64,000 nt of DNA from a virus. The stretch's first letter is position 1. Each line of letters begins with the position of its first letter. Shown here piece after piece: positions 62,276 through 64,000 of the stretch. The translations under genes and the position numbers were made by a program. Location of the stretch: IMG/VR virus record IMGVR_UViG_3300011980_000002, positions 159,033 through 223,032 of that record, one strand, 5' to 3'. Below the pieces are notes generated by a model. It saw nothing but the letters and a program-made list of their open reading frames with translations. It did no database searches and had not been told where the DNA came from.

Positions 62276-63448
62276 GTGGTTATGGTAATAAAAGAAATTT
62301 ATATGGATAATTTAATTACGGTATTTAATAATATACTGGATTTAAATAGAAATAGGAAAAGAGATAGTGAAAATATTGTATTGACGGATAAATCTGATGA
62401 ATATCTTTCTTCAGTATCTGTAGTTTTTACAATGGAAGATTTAACATATTTTGATTTACTATTTATATCTAAGATATCATATTCTATTAATAATATCAAA
62501 TTTACTAATTTAGATTTAAATATCTTTGGTAATAATAGTAGAGATATTAGAAATAGTGATGATAAGATTGATAGTTATATTAACGAATATAGAAATATTA
62601 TTGAAGATGTAATTAATAAGACTAAAGATCATGATGAAGAAAATAAGAAATTAGTATTGAGTAAGATTAATCAAATAACTCCTATTGGAGCTTATAAGTT
62701 TTCTGCAAATGTAGTATTTAGCGGAATTACAATAAAGGGATTATTTAAAGGATTCTTAGAAAAAACTCTATATGGTATTTGTGATAATGATTTCTTAGGT
62801 AAACCACAAAAAGAAAAGTTATTACAAACGATATATCTTAACTTTATAGAACTATATAATTCATCTTTCTATAAATATACTAATAAAAAAGGTATTATAG
62901 AAGATTTCCTAATGGAGAATAAATACTTTAGTTTTATAGAAAGATATAGTACTACAGCTACAGTATCAAGAATAGAGTATCTTAACGATTCTGTTAATTT
63001 CTTTAATACAACTCCAGATAAACTTAAGGATTCAATAGCATTAATTAATACAAATAGTAATATTGATCATTCATCTATGTATACATATTACGCTTGTTCA
63101 TCCGATATAAAAACATTCTTAGATATATTAACAATAGATAAAAAAGTAGAAGTTATCTATTACGAATCATTTAATAGATTATATTACGATAAAGAAATGA
63201 AGATAAATATATCTAATACAATATTAGACAGATTTGAAGTTACAATCAATAAGAATATAGATCATAATTTAGAATTAAGAGATGTTGTAAAGAATATAGA
63301 GTATACAGCTTTATATAATATGATATTACAAAGTCAGTATATAAAATTCCTGATTAAAACTCCGATTGATAAAATCATAGATGGAGATAATGAAATTTAT
63401 AATTTAATCAATAAACTCAATAAGGTATTAATTAATAAATTTAAATAG
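62276..63448 (+). CDS. Hypothetical protein
   Basis: 390-aa ORF with a GTG start 5 nt after AAAGGA. ATG 62282 is an alternative start. Hairpins lie downstream. Confidence 0.55.
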   Translation: MVMVIKEIYMDNLITVFNNILDLNRNRKRDSENIVLTDKSDEYLSSVSVVFTMEDLTYFDLLFISKISYSINNIKFTNLDLNIFGNNSRDIRNSDDKIDSYINEYRNIIEDVINKTKDHDEENKKLVLSKINQITPIGAYKFSANVVFSGITIKGLFKGFLEKTLYGICDNDFLGKPQKEKLLQTIYLNFIELYNSSFYKYTNKKGIIEDFLMENKYFSFIERYSTTATVSRIEYLNDSVNFFNTTPDKLKDSIALINTNSNIDHSSMYTYYACSSDIKTFLDILTIDKKVEVIYYESFNRLYYDKEMKINISNTILDRFEVTINKNIDHNLELRDVVKNIEYTALYNMILQSQYIKFLIKTPIDKIIDGDNEIYNLINKLNKVLINKFK

Positions 63449-63464
63449 AGTAAATAACAAATTT

Positions 63465-63511
63465 TTCCAATTTCCAGATTTTCTTGAGTAAAGAATTTTT
63501 GGAAATTGGAA
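63465..63511 (+). terminator. Hairpin downstream of 62276..63448
   Basis: TTCCAATTTCCA / TGGAAATTGGAA 12-bp arms with a 23-nt loop. Confidence 0.5.
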
Positions 63512-63527
63512 TTATTTGATCAAAAAA

Positions 63528-63608
63528 TTCAGTAGATAGTAAAAATCAATTTCGTATATATTATTTTTATAAAAATAATATAGTGAATTGAAATTACTAT
63601 CTACTGAA
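63528..63608. repeat. 81-nt long imperfect palindrome with nested perfect palindrome
   Basis: Outer arms TTCAGTAGATAGTAA / TTACTATCTACTGAA. The inner perfect palindrome is TATATTATTTTT-AT-AAAAATAATATA (63557-63582). Confidence 0.7.
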
Positions 63609-63658
63609 AATTTATTTTTTTACAAATTTCATTATTTCAAATAATTTCTCAAAAAATA

Positions 63659-63746
63659 GGGAATTCCCGAAGGGGTTTATTCCCGCCGCGGCAAAATCCG
63701 ATAAAAATCGGGCAAAAATTTCCAATACTAGATATTCTAGTATTGG
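63659..63746 (-). terminator. Three consecutive hairpins that read as terminators on the minus strand
   Basis: GGGAAT..ATTCCC (63659-63684), CCGAT..ATCGG (63698-63711) and CCAATACTAG..CTAGTATTGG (63722-63746). Each is followed by a T-rich run on the minus strand. Confidence 0.45.
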
Positions 63747-63825
63747 TTAACTCAAAATTTGGAATATAAAAATTATAACTGATTAAAATGCGTATTCTCA
63801 TGTTTAATTTTTTTATACCATTTTT

Positions 63826-63949
63826 ATCTCTTTCTCTCTTTTCAATCTCTTTTTTATTTCTCTCTCTCTTTCTTTTTCTTTCCCTTTCTTCGCTCTTTCT
63901 CTCTTTTTTATCACCCCCGAGCTTCTCCACTCCCCCTCTATTACTTATA
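63826..63949 (+). repeat. ~120-nt polypyrimidine (CT-rich) tract
   Basis: By hand count only about a dozen purines in roughly 124 nt: CTCTTTCTCTCTTTTCAATCTCTTTTTTATTTCTCTCTCTCTTTCTTTTTCTTTCCCTTTCTTCGCTCTTTCTCTC... Confidence 0.8.
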
Positions 63950-64000
63950 TAGTATAATACAAAATAAAAAATAATTTATATTATATTACTCGGTAAAAAA

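Noticed and set aside
63649-63930. 93-aa minus-strand ORF with a Lys/Glu/Arg-rich N-terminal half (MEKLGGDKKERKSEERERKRKRERNKKEIEKRERDK...).
   Set aside because: The charged half is simply the polypurine complement of the CT tract. The second half runs through three hairpins. The GTG start directly abuts the G-rich box with no proper spacing. I treat it as non-coding, though conservation should be checked.
1-64000. AR9/PBS1-like uracil-containing genome, suggested by the AR9-like RNAP set, GroEL and AACA-N6-TA motif.
   Set aside because: A ThyX thymidylate synthase with intact signature motifs is encoded at 16131..17351, which argues for thymine DNA. Sequence alone cannot settle this.
1-64000. 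Prophage or mobile-element boundaries, integrase, transposase, or toxin-antitoxin pairs.
   Set aside because: No recombinase or transposase motifs, att-like direct repeats or host-like genes were seen. The window looks like contiguous lytic-phage sequence.

Overview
This is a very AT-rich, densely coding stretch of a large (jumbo-type) tailed-phage genome; by eye it is about a quarter to 30% G+C. Nearly all genes are on the + strand. I saw no tRNA, CRISPR array, integrase or transposase.

Products I can recognise by motif:
- A GroEL-like chaperonin, cut by the left window edge.
- Three pieces of multisubunit RNA polymerase beta-prime belonging to two different enzymes. One beta-prime is split into an N-terminal gene (49277..50767) and a C-terminal gene (19081..21141). 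A second 934-aa paralog lies at 9515..12319 (-).
- A primase-like Zn-finger/Toprim protein, a ThyX thymidylate synthase with a large insertion, and a guanylate-kinase-like protein.
- A RusA-like resolvase and a T4 gp21-like prohead protease.
- A GH73 endolysin with CW_binding_1-type repeats, and a membrane-anchored SH3b/SleB-like hydrolase.
- A 4108-aa tape-measure-like virion protein carrying three cell-wall-hydrolase-type domains.

This gene content resembles phiKZ/AR9-type phages with two RNA polymerases. The lysis enzymes point to a Gram-positive, probably spore-forming Firmicute host.

The main non-coding signals:
- A dispersed family of insulated early-gene cassettes: hairpin, CCGTATTTC box, a 30-nt AT-rich promoter-like motif and a fixed Shine-Dalgarno (SD) region.
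- An AACA-N6-TA motif about 50-65 nt upstream of late/structural genes.
- One perfect sigma-A consensus promoter.
- A roughly 50% G+C island encoding a small acidic protein.
- A leader element shared by two early genes.
- Three ORF-free regions with structure.

All functional calls rest on remembered motifs, not database searches.
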